Shown: piece by piece, positions 23,301-26,878 of the stretch
Numbering within the stretch: position 1 is the stretch's first letter
Layout: the number at the start of each line of letters is the position of its first letter
From: Candidatus Omnitrophota bacterium
Lineage (GTDB): Bacteria; Omnitrophota; Gorgyraeia; Zapsychrales; Zapsychraceae
DNA: 64,000 nt
Direction of reading: 5' to 3'
Assembly: GCA_021108075.1 (NCBI GenBank)
Contig: JAIORP010000090.1
Coordinates: forward strand, 15,828-79,827
Position numbers and translations under genes: made by a program
Notes under the pieces: generated by a model
Database searches by the model: none
What the model saw: the letters and a program-made list of their open reading frames with translations, nothing else
Told to the model about the DNA's origin: nothing

Positions 23301-25972
23301 AGTGTTGTGTCAACGCTCAGGTTTGGATCGAGGCTTGGAGCCGTATTGTTATCTTCGTCTTTATTTATTTTGTCAGACAACAGCATGGCTCCGCCGGAAA
23401 ATATCATACTTCCCAAAAACATCACCCCTAAAGAGGCGAGTGTATCAAACTGCAGATCCAGATCGGAATACTCAACATTCTCACCGTCTCGTTCTCGGCC
23501 CTTACGTTTATTACCGTCCTCGTCGGTCCACTCAACACGGTCCCCTAATCTATCGTTCAAATAAGCTTCCATGCCCCAGGACAGCAAAACATTCAATAAA
23601 CCGACAATAAGCACTTTTCCTATATCTATTGTACTGATTGTGGCTAATTGTGATTCCATATGTTTAATGTTTCTGTTCGTCTGGGCCAATTGGCTCTGGA
23701 TATCGAGGCCGTCGGCACCTAATGTATTATTTGCTATTTGATCCTTGTAAGGATCAAGTTGTTGTTTTAAATCTGCCTGTTCCTTTTTTTCATCAATCAA
23801 ATCATCCTGCAGAGAAGGTTCGACAACAAATTGCCTCATAGCAGCGACGAATAAAGCGGAAACAAGGCTTCCAATGCTCTTTGATATCAAAGTTTCTTTA
23901 TCCGCCAGTCCCGTTTCGTCCGCGATCAAACGCGCCAAGGCGCCAATAAGAGGGGCAAACGTCTGAACGAGACCATCGAGCGAGGTAAATTGCTGAAGAC
24001 ACAACTTGAGGGAGTTTAACATAGCTTGCCCGAAGCGGGCCATTGTGCTGTTGGAATTTTTTATTGTTTTACCATTTAGATCCTTTGATCCCATTTGCAG
24101 GCCTTTATTTCCACCCATGTTAAAAACATTTTCGATGGCAAAAGAAATCGCTGTTTGAACCAATGCCCCTGCGGCCTGGCCAGCCCAGCCTGCAGCTATG
24201 GAGATAAGGGCATCTAATAAAATATTTTCATCTTCCGGGTCTATACCAAAAACATCTTCTTTCAAATACTTCTGGATATGGTATGTTATGTAACCGATAA
24301 CCGCTCCCTGGACTAATCCCGTAAACAGCCCGGACATCGCCTTACCCATACTACCGGTTACTGCTGCACCGGCAGCATTGGTACCTGAGGCCAATCCACT
24401 GGCAAGACCTTGCGCCCCAAAAGTCAAGGCCATATTAAGCGTGGTGGCCAAAAGCGCAGCTCCGTCTTCATCGCATTTACCATTGGCGCACGAATCTAAA
24501 TAATACAAAGTGGCGATAGAATCAGAAAAACTCGAGGCACCAAAACTTAAACTGATCGTTGAAAATAAACTGGCGGCGCTCGTTGATGAATTAAAAAGAG
24601 CACCGCCAATATAAAATGTTGCGATGGTAATGATTAATTGCAACGCGAAACCGGCTAGCAAATCGCCAGTATCATACAGACCGGGCAGGTCATCTGATCT
24701 GTCCGTATATTTTGATCCCCAAACAAAGGCCTGCAAGGAAGGCGGCACATCTTTATAGGAAATATCAAAATTTTGCTTGATATTTGACGCGAGAACAAAG
24801 CCTGTGAATATTCTTTGAAATTCGACAAAAGAAGCTTCTGTGACTTCACCAATATCAGAATACACAACTTTGTCTTCACTAATATTAGTGACCAGCACGA
24901 AATGTTCCGGTTCTAAATTCGCAATGAATGGCGTTTTCAGCTTAGCTAAGTCTGTTTTTTCTATGCGAGCAGGTGTGAGCTGTACGCCATAGGCCTTTGT
25001 AATCTCATTAATAGCGAACATTGATGTCTTTAATTTGCGATCACCAGGGCGAATAATGTCATTTGTTAAATCAACCAGAATGGCTGTAACCGCTAATTCT
25101 TCTAAGGAAACATCAATATTATTATGAAATAAATAGTCTTTCAATGTGTAAATACCACAATTGATAGGACGTATCTCAGGATCACGTATCCAATTTGTGA
25201 TGGAACGAACTGTTTCTTTTGTAAAGGTCGTGCTCGCGTCAATAAGAATTGATCTGGCTGCTGTAGCGCCTGTTGGTTCTGACAATTGTAGTTGTATTCT
25301 CGCATTATTTTTATATAAAATTTGATTGAGAAGTCTCGACACACTGGACGCAACTCTGGCTGATGTTATTTCCCCCTCAGAGGCATATGGTCCGACATCA
25401 TAAACGGCATCTTCTTTATTACTCCAAATAACGAGAGGGTTATAGTTAAACGCCCAGCTAGCCTGTTCCGGGATAAAAACGACCAAAATGGTCATCGCAA
25501 CAACTTTGAGCCATTGATCAAAACGACTTTTAAACGGTTTTTCTTTAGATCTGGACGAAATATGTCTTTCAATAAAATCATCATCAATAAAATGATGTTC
25601 ACCTTCAAATTTCTTCAATTCTTCTTCATCAAAGTCAAAAGCACCTTCATTAGAATTATCTTTCGCTAAGTGTGCTTCTGAAAGGATGCGATCATCAGGA
25701 TGTTGGGCATTTTTGATATGACTAGATAAATTATTAGCGCCGACAATGCAATCATGATCTTGTTGTTCATTTTCGTTTTGAATTATTGTGGAATTCACGG
25801 CAGGATGTTCGTTAAGATCATTTTGTGATGGGCTTTGGTGCTTATCCTCAGATTGGACATTTCCGTCCTGTCGCGCAGAGTCCGTACAGTCTTTCCGCTC
25901 TTTATTACTAGATGAACTAATATTCTGATCATCTGGGTCGGGAACACCTAAATTGTCCAATCTGTCATCCAT
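1..25972 (-). CDS. Giant multidomain membrane-anchored protein, at least 8657 aa, 3' end beyond the window (TM anchor, C39 peptidase, glycine-zipper blocks, SecA-like ATPase, HExxH peptidase, repeats)
   Basis: ATG at 25972-25970 (MDDRLDNLGVPDPDD...). The frame reads open in manual translation down to base 2, and the ORF track lists no terminated minus-strand ORF in this frame. A canonical promoter lies upstream. Confidence 0.93.
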   Translation of the reverse strand, partial: MDDRLDNLGVPDPDDQNISSSSNKERKDCTDSARQDGNVQSEDKHQSPSQNDLNEHPAVNSTIIQNENEQQDHDCIVGANNLSSHIKNAQHPDDRILSEAHLAKDNSNEGAFDFDEEELKKFEGEHHFIDDDFIERHISSRSKEKPFKSRFDQWLKVVAMTILVVFIPEQASWAFNYNPLVIWSNKEDAVYDVGPYASEGEITSARVASSVSRLLNQILYKNNARIQLQLSEPTGATAARSILIDASTTFTKETVRSITNWIRDPEIRPINCGIYTLKDYLFHNNIDVSLEELAVTAILVDLTNDIIRPGDRKLKTSMFAINEITKAYGVQLTPARIEKTDLAKLKTPFIANLEPEHFVLVTNISEDKVVYSDIGEVTEASFVEFQRIFTGFVLASNIKQNFDISYKDVPPSLQAFVWGSKYTDRSDDLPGLYDTGDLLAGFALQLIITIATFYIGGALFNSSTSAASLFSTISLSFGASSFSDSIATLYYLDSCANGKCDEDGAALLATTLNMALTFGAQGLASGLASGTNAAGAAVTGSMGKAMSGLFTGLVQGAVIGYITYHIQKYLKEDVFGIDPEDENILLDALISIAAGWAGQAAGALVQTAISFAIENVFNMGGNKGLQMGSKDLNGKTIKNSNSTMARFGQAMLNSLKLCLQQFTSLDGLVQTFAPLIGALARLIADETGLADKETLISKSIGSLVSALFVAAMRQFVVEPSLQDDLIDEKKEQADLKQQLDPYKDQIANNTLGADGLDIQSQLAQTNRNIKHMESQLATISTIDIGKVLIVGLLNVLLSWGMEAYLNDRLGDRVEWTDEDGNKRKGRERDGENVEYSDLDLQFDTLASLGVMFLGSMIFSGGAMLLSDKINKDEDNNTAPSLDPNLSVDTTLEEKGVGAVLLEPLTKLLWNTGLSIGAAGGYNLFVFMNETTDPTGLTGSDAANAMDPSVYSSYLGMEVANMYEAQSSLRGWTLDKAMLLKKQRENFEEAYLEANAEKDEPLEGDELQEAMTNQWLIQIWDQIDPAMQMHRFIIGSFTAAIEGALTSVDDNPLIIGLGHVVTAVNGGPGKNRDSILARTWTDLGLPLRYMGRLTMIDEDTGEVLNQVYSSRTLQTVNKEEKAAFLALGAGEAELRDLLGESFDGKVETDDDGNKIFFSDRIKAAWKSGKAGLKALIDETAKTDDPAKLEALCAAVDNVFKNVAKLELDLKTAQAGRPDYQTFHALPELIAYGADRIIVEETDVIDEEGTENDKVIYIGGKTVIDFRGLPMELISKFGLFAAAEQIVREDGKKARLFLANYTTTDEEIADLKNQVDALEKKKEKEEIKLEKGSEAGWDDMLLVRIDKQVFELGLEINTLESKIAELEGQHGIDVEVAHANIIAGMNDEIAALKEQKEEKEEAWEKGKEAGLEDIELVRLDMEAFMIGRDIATLEARIPALQGQWLAEEKEMTAVEVGKMTKYVQKGGFKFSSGLLLPEVSETLFFGSELTYMVDYGDKSIVAHRSGDMNGDGIIAPNGEGGEGKWTYVYSRDKKNDGVYEYQIITTNFPNKEDPSMQTNSYLYGVGKPVDVFQMDGSRVSEDQFVIAQTGGSFIKIGEGGDIKVLSVFYDKKINLSGLTDTEKADFYAAVAWDKSELQKRTGSDDKKDPSLNRINGEVDDLIASRTPDDIVPKAGASPNNDGITPMESAVPKTSTIRSAMLGAMDDVSQPLNMGIDLFDRDAGKQILAYRGSRVQDEEDGDLVSWNSKMAVSSLNHEDGVQIYQSDDVNDPKNGAIIDATGLTIFKSVALAESYNVDAADFMFLDFQSATGSESEVGQTDYFDIRGGYWGAKEYIDDQLHQKTTDVKTDVKIGTLWAAAAAFETGAKDEDDSFILTRDGGGLYSVYDRTDKDALNAFATISYGKMTKDGTLVINSVGSFLELLQDSKGGASDHKLQTVARVVDIEDNVILSQSKDQLRLATTTENRLVSMNKAELLGLREEATEDAEAGTTYGLGVFLKKDGTYEDKDGNVVEGAALDAVLKKAVVKGNLGMIDFSVSRADSILEYGRDWGTGANPDVKAKNVTIRHKDGTMLYSPNGSGYGEIRHEGKVIGTTVQVKTGEGDDDISQYARATGDDKSHKVILNNTEALLAIDLGETVLAAGLNASVSVLINPHELKMEFKEGTTPTVENETGLLVKATNAALGAAADAKNGVTEAMQAENKAALQSGSEVKHTDAAIAAAGDQAFFSNLKEVDPNAVVKKDTIDLRWNTETGNMEMIVELDDTDQMKDPSQTDHLVSETGNTANVYVNPEDQKLIYPLPIGRIGISTKPSEDEVTYGDVTPESALTSIVLEDGGVILGQYVADKTQGISDPIYSIDGREGHLGYEGDPYTYGNFLGFTMTPVRRNIYAKNPKGNIHTNPQLLGGSMLVKNMMVGELYKKRYKGLVSGQINYFGKGDIVIDEKGQAYARQGTQTKERRPTFILGDSIDDSLFVPSLDAEENLKNQKVLEALALGLVATLDGNPDNMRDNSITLYTDVIGLQGADKKQDKTETIVLFRNDRTDKNVEDRTGMKLVLNAKLLDGKTKAYLIRKAIGTGDFDLIIPAGVKVLEDESQSVFWQGEGAGKRTVHLYDFMPGAAEKKDAPEGHSPVMTIANSHIKGRGDDLIFTNILNGRPKPKLEKKDAAEPEKPKDEEPPKEETLAATTTETEEKKINPLRSAYVLEGFGFKDITRLIYQTNDEAQTVLLADAELKLGTQFEDARRLKIAAGEEVDPSNLETTLAALKDGTEKLHITFAIGGESSEKGVKDRVLTPILNPLLTNTDSIAFISPEANENNPDKQVYFYTEQKSHEKAATRKELDDIMYLDRDNSQLNDVHEGRRLVEEGTLLHLDQSIKRDEIKGSGVADKNILAGIEFTQDGMQYFGAGELVKDGKYTLFGTFEVNPSSYADLPENYPGIINIEGWDAPGSIGIIELRGKRFLSERGNKFLGIQGEMIADVSLAAANKDKRDVPGKEEKETYFQQRIGRDAMRAGTSVGIAGEGPGWKRIIGKRKNEETGELEETGEYTDMALELTWGKFELPKTISLYNNIIPSELPSGRKMMIAPYEARPPKKGEQQGEGLTDTLEDGSHRLEIGMSDDSLDSAIYADLSDGGFKTSVLYLKMSGDILQSGNLVSMADNPEFAKVVVKFNSPGAKGVDMENGKRVDPAAGQIDVRNNRLTPTRRWNKAWDRWEEEGDDPSELDSNTMRKDDSGWFNQSYESKEKMLAGIWGRTHKKQIKRNLDGSPMLDASGNPVMEEVALPHFENTASYWDKTIRKRSVQPELGYGYYDDAHNIEDYFLAILPMSREDGGLGGVNVKGYGFIPMVRDDVVAQAYKDKRELAGKDEASLTPEEKATKEQANTIVENYRYSRSAFYTLSNPNAEDSDEAPKKSTIVTAEGGDHEGKRIIVAEDNLHTGRGLRWWRTKVTTKDGRTMYVNDDQIVEATKPTIASDGDEKEKEQQDLEPYDSPLEMMRARLDAVENKGEDFANIEINDLGIQFADANGDIRSYFTRSTDEVIRIFDTLAKHGYGSGARSVSAELHGLNKVAKIQAAIYIAEGVITVAEVVLALFTLGGSIGVGEGLKLGIGRLASSVAGRQGAKWAIRKASKEITEEVLESLVERAVKKYTFGKMMKIAGSSLGSRYITRRALYGALIGGGIVETLSLVNSGKLASGTELASGMLMGVIFNKGSLLFGSIGGMTGVGASEQTLLQAGKAFGKRALYSGAITLGVGNTASLAFRGKFLSLNENLALGAISLSIPLARAAGSKYATSFITKWAGNSTIASVALKTGQMAFADALVWGQFYATSTSALDSFQEVEESSRIGNLFGAYGRGFAFGAIAGASINLMGTASTQFARRGWAQATARGLAGGIAAGGYTLATAKENESGEGMSVLQKAGVAAIAGFGLGAAGSGLYRMAMSSKRLNIAQLSRSAKIYKNLVASGKKVPERIAKAAKQYNRLKLAAYVTGATMGGSIKVGTGMVSAKNSGQDYHWKVGVSDFVIGSMMGLVGAHLLTGASTMEGFGKYYDDVGALVKETTVGGLKWTMVSPMFTIGGSMWEGVTGKIELLIAGDDAELYNEIIDGKRVKGVMDVPLFLLKQEPKEGDAQYSKLMSAAGHDALVEGILTGPLDGLWMSVGFGALQTRAGTPLTKMGRVVEFLQKGTSKNPFVAKFYRDIVYMPGFVKAIEKGLHYVDRAASRFKEDIPGTSLSQKEKEVMSFAVMLATRSRGTLGEKERGNARRSKVQAEFKTKQAVEAEAELDAKTALTKSNNALKNKLLARKALRTAIAKGKSKTEISKIQAKIDAYTTEFDAARQVRDATQKNVIHTKLHRMDAEDIQVLKQEAHDASVNAQKEWKKALKLDPASAEAYSGMAVAGKLEHSILKEFGKDIGKDVSDAFQKNNAIMKNFALAAQLPVIWNKPLKNQIKQNREIYQIIPAIEQGWAHRAKAEEAFSRNDMDTTIIELENSNKAWRILAKIEGKSPRTQISIADNLISLRKTLQLRRAGIMDILAGNSTMKNANKLQSEIKKLTKKIDTIEGQIQTHLNRAVNATSQAMNKGVGGAAKLDGRVANVIRKYHTDLANERAIEHIAEGQRLAASEAPGNMKKAHSEFAKALKEMLNSEKLSPTDNNLIFLDQAINSLVLSEGQAKAQKEVRTSRLIAKIRYIAESMKVGAQGMQEVRFGDKAKGLELLAEAIGYGRRGERIKRIYAEAYKRETGGENLIVKSQEKTDAQETSSVESGKGNPKLSQGPPPTGKKGFTGRIQDLARKLTSPKGAGGDKGSDLDHGMLNSSSKKINDFVKRIASRRGSKTASPVAQKIDILSTASIIEKTIEKYLSGNNNFDVSQIKIQSRVSILRGMTGAEHSKYMELAKDGSTDGMKSLERTVGRRMKVQEASNLVVRAKSLGLDASKLADAITLLKGSALGSSQDSAALKSLKTAFTQVNEQVKLKSKGKPVKTSDAAKKKTRGQTDAFSLQEIYKILRDSGVTKEQAVAAIAYERLKWDYDASKGSSSRGDPSLMLGITQHLLQGAQTLKSMSEIDRLMDMFLVIKPVSGGKTDMTKSLLLTILKLKLNGKQPLLFTTASRQLVKQIISKLSESEKKFFTIAKGEHIGDYTKLATDKITVIDVEQYKAMTLQAKTKGLNLLEQALMVSDEFHVIVLADPTVISVGSIKELGKTLALNKSALTKATDRALMIKATAQAVFDVFKKLEKELGSKKAIDAMVEHVRDVNGHEIMEHFTLKDRSSLLDDAKGKQKNLTGRNGVSVRKEVRRAVVKAVKDAGITHRISEAEIQKAVNDSALALKSYQYARVEVKYHGKKEGHLVTPIDNSNLGEVKHKQTISDGSLNQAYLAMYEALGRDGRIKNFRGVSKFSYLGYEAHSQNNRLTDSATGKEALCQTGRVVGMTGTGPPLTPLIALGSSITQFVREIELGDMNSAVQITGLHGKSTHKALVEHVRKIIRKHTDIKGNRLIMINEINGVSRKAIEKAVNEVLAKEEILRVKAGKKIGQWRVVETGPESKNTDIIQEVKKLEKQAKKGETIVEKMILISAFKEGVSVMDRKLGTDINGKEIHAENGRAWIYDLNVGSTVRFQQAGARAGTWKGSKRMTGEYHILFDANHSMHTDANKVALRKAAASGSQDVVRMAVEKVMQQYAAHDFQRNVLTMMEGNAEVTKSQISRLISDYSSNSEREVIKNYLTTSGKKSTTLEMPNGKGVQTFEAVHDGTISVVRLENAGVKNAGAVVGALISRELIAPAQTQGPVTTAPIEGTMTQRMDSAMRAEIVATFGADADAIIGVIENPTDVKVTTIEASSDLGQVSIHELAAIKAMETFDLQQLTSVLEKVGISDAEKAASEIMRLKQEGALPLSAAKDFGVITRVVSSFTEMNTEDVVQALAGEILSQGITPEDIAAVRAISTLSQPQLETVFIDSGIEGASDLAKAIVTARTTSPMLVSEALSIDAIVSAAKEDIRPIASSKIKKALSTAVRTQTLDLNHGISLSAGEKLDVDSQVVYVTEGGKDRATHLLSYDSGQESELGEVQFSKLPIQEGGFVSIPSMSTEASVAPTAESVATTGGNITVRAIDTFKVSSNFKNNDQFLSSSHFTVDQDIPELGLSRGDRMSTNGKMRVAVISPKNNATRTTAAMHKGRMYRPERKKSGDMMVQTSSRPAESDAPLGFRVKADKRGLDTLTSLGLTDHIVQIKTDESISEDTTIFIPYIEFKNALNSKRQEQEVIISLEKYNQIIRGKKDIYKHGRRDVIRKRMFGDMRTLLGLAQADLDVEMVTIQDPLNPNSNQEVEVMKVTVRGDQAQSSANPELTGAINELNQKLETSFYFDPFTEKGAREKVSNASAAKTGDKTLTLGFNAFVSAVSDHVTSDGAGIFFHEIRHSEDRMAAKVATSEDALVGGPTRVHAYQPILDEKTRGAYGREGSNFAVGEFDAHSIDVGYRIAFAKEALEVGDTEAARSVGVGASESAQRAADLMNIVEYTHSRAVEQMDSGIAFVEVKKSKDPGKPDIVSVIVKDNKGADYYRIDQVIPKQDYENKQAKIQMARTLIQTSATQKQTERAQLDALANVADKFIDDQTALNAVTDGTNDQLVSLLSTAVQSERSYQGLEPTEATAQRIVAEIFRNAEAAQDLGDRKIYTNAVTGRSIVVDKSSGRILEFSSAPTKVIDFVALKAGKSPEIQDSRTQVMGMFRDKDVADQKTAAAEVTPQKIEREVISSLNMESDVVNISQPGSKSQENIAIEGRQIVQQAAALLGRMELAGADVSRQTALLKEIVENDDIYITTAPEKMVVSESHISSAAKGSENADLAGLNTTYQGVPVVAYVSDNNKLFISTGHQSRTMQLNIGESPETVSTAAFKVIESLSEKTYYVAPKATTDAAMLIGDMGTTSITPVLPATSMDAAMPAAILQMTPTLMTPMLAPISSSSTPTETPTLDTTMAVSSYQPATDTAYLAQGSVSLTSLLSSSLIPIQYDSLSDQQILSMISSSALNASSSCPSGNCDDPCADGSCLAKKGSSGFFGAEKSKRGFEFKVKKNTGSKKKVNNNTSTKSKRMTRKAAPTPTSKTLDTVKIARNTTTHRSSKGEVSNRMPQGKGKFSPINDKGKTVKDLTPARSGSMAKNSLSQQLPQSRAMANNNVEYNSNAFVNRAYLSNNTSIFDDDDRSVSNIASAKTTQSVIYSDPTMLSGTKDAGIIGFKQQNGRVNAIANTGASAVHFGALTLRAGQQINLDQSFTIASSNGQIRQIVPLKESGNQVVIAESIKMTVDDQKITLNTGDVVKITSDNNFRVVFDQQTLEPKAFFAMEQQTQLPAAPAQTIYNRQIDDSLILTSVGTSNIEGREVNTFSLMIKPDLLARANDQIAKRSTTMPLIETSGQADQDGFVAVKVSDKQMMVGLTASRKNLSKNISRVVKRLISKSKSAKKMSASKDKKDPVVKQQIQAARQAKIELQSMAKAAQEIGEQELVREINREIAVIDAMLAPATSATASKPEAIILADIGEQDITQAINQEFASDDLSRVQTKLALSNTGERVFSGHARQNEIIIIPKVDQIQEYLNDAGQPLSSATSQEIAKQRIMHEVMAFTQPDQTDDDLRAKMATRNALVGKTAEYSGMMQRHQAQFEMDQVARANTQVSVPQMMTLQDKQILKAGLSPQEYASSYESVTSSSQSDYAMMSSMNSMKSDFNEAIRVYNEAVEVQNISYNPEPIILAILKAERKLKKIAKEKGLKDTKAVRSKVRKLSSKMLLQGTNSVPPVIKRLGQAMSSGEYTPKSQQEKVLVQEIVKLAESQLKNLEATHGKAKVARLRQEFTASVKEIAAGVDFSPAARQVEPIAQNIAVVSSSLDKVSDSGKLPLMSMQASILIMDAANSYGSAIWGGAVTVRNTGAIIPADDYGSAITGHATTVKLYGTLAQAINDATDSMDQLKTAEAIPATELPVVVLPKPKDMTMLGQANIKGREIYVASAAGTEFKAYKVDNKTQQTSKTAIAAQEIPSGSIVLVDQRSASADNSGMQNLAIRGFVHEKVYNVSFRQPSMQMPTMMAANDYGSAIASRANIVRYATIATAINNEAKIEKQIEIADMVPSEVSSIVVLPMQEDMTMLEGMNTKRKIYVGREVNNKIIAYELNADKSLKMSPITVRQLQNSETGSIMFMAPRSVSSRNQDMQALSSRGIVHDKVINIDFKQPSMATAQNYGSAIASWTNTIQHATIAKAIYETPKLVKQIEIADMVPSEVTSIVVLPMQEDLAAIGKMGTKRKIYIARQEGNQVAAYELGADQKISQTAVPAQDIQSGSIVLVEPRSIDIRNQGIQNLASRGFIHEQVFTQSYQQPRQTRMPMMAMADDYGSAIASWTNTIQHATIAKAIYETPKLVKQIEIADMVPSEVTSIVVLPMQEDLAAIGKMGTKRKIYIARQEGNQVAAYELGADQKISQTAVPAQDIQSGSIVLVEPRSIDIRNQGIQNLASRGFIHEQVFNVSSRQPTQIRMPMIASTNDYGSALAGQSKTIRNTSIERAISLASNNSDLINTVDVVPHEMMPIAVLALREDSDIGGLAQQTADAKNRNIYVGKTEGARISLYELKADQGQVKINISIDNLPTGSIILMQPKSIALDNQDFQKLAMKDVYVEPSVYRRDVHLKEVNR

Positions 25973-26145
25973 ATTTTTTATCGGAAAACCTAGCAACAAA
26001 CATTAAAATTAGACTTTATGATTATCTGAAAACCCGAATAAAACGTATTTACAAAAAACGTATAACCTTAAAAATTGCTAGATACCATTTACTTATAAAT
26101 TTTAGAGTAAACTGTTAGTAAAACTATGGCACTATATGGTATGCA

Positions 26146-26177
26146 TAAAAAAAGACCACCTAGAACAGAAGGTAATC
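26146..26177 (-). terminator. Intrinsic terminator in the 5' leader of the giant gene (possible attenuator)
   Basis: Minus strand AGATTACCT-tctgttct-AGGTGGTCT followed by a T run; it lies between the promoter and the ATG. Confidence 0.6.
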
Positions 26178-26290
26178 TGATTGCTTGTTTGCGATTAGGA
26201 TTTTTCTATTTATTTGTTTTTTTCCGAGCCTCACGGATTCCCTCTCATTCTTAGTTAACCGGCTAACTCCAAGCTTTTTAAGTATATCAT

Positions 26291-26319
26291 ATTATATATA
26301 TGTGACAAGGGTTATGCAA
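26291..26319 (-). promoter_or_regulatory. Sigma70-type promoter of the giant gene
   Basis: Minus strand TTGCAT-17 nt-TATAAT, with an overlapping TTGTCA-16 nt-TATACT. Confidence 0.65.
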
Positions 26320-26878
26320 TTTTTTTTTCAACTTTATGTTGTTTATTTTCAAGATGTTACAACTTTTTTTTGTAAATGGGTTTATTATATACAAAAATGG
26401 GGGCATTCTTCCGACGAAAAATTCAAAAAATGGTCTTTTTGTTCCGTTTGAAAACGTTTTCGCATTAGGCCGTATTTCTTGCTTTTGCTTTTTTTTCAAA
26501 GACTTACAAACACAGTTAAAACTAATTTTTAATTCACTCGCAACTAACAATATTTAAACAAAAAAAAAGAAACCGCTTTCCTGAGGCGACGTCTTTAGAA
26601 TATTTTATTTATTTTATTAAAAATAATAAAAGAAGCTCATACTCCAACAGATTGGACACGGAACAGACCGGACGCTCAAATTCGCCTCTGGTGCACATTT
26701 TTCTCAAATTGATACATGGATATGCTTTCGCATAATTTCGTATGCCTAAAGGGCATTTAAACGCAAAATAAGGGCAAATATACCAAGGAGACCTCGACAA
26801 TCTGTAAATCTTCAAAAACGGTTGCTTAACAATCCTCAGAAACATAATCCGCCTCAGCCAGCATTCGCCATCCCGTGA

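Noticed and set aside
460-25353. Dozens of short ORF-track entries on both strands, including the 261-aa 8894..9679
   Set aside because: They are antisense or alternate-frame shadows of the giant ORF, with no recognisable motifs.
26226-26245. AATCCGTGAGGCT (minus strand) resembling a PyrR binding loop, and GGGAATCCG resembling a cobalamin riboswitch
   Set aside because: It is one nt short of ARUCCNGNGAGGYU with no pyrimidine genes downstream, and the B12-box and CCCGC elements are absent.
26185-26845. Short AT-rich ORFs upstream of the giant gene
   Set aside because: No motifs, low-complexity F/K/L composition, and overlap with promoter and leader elements.
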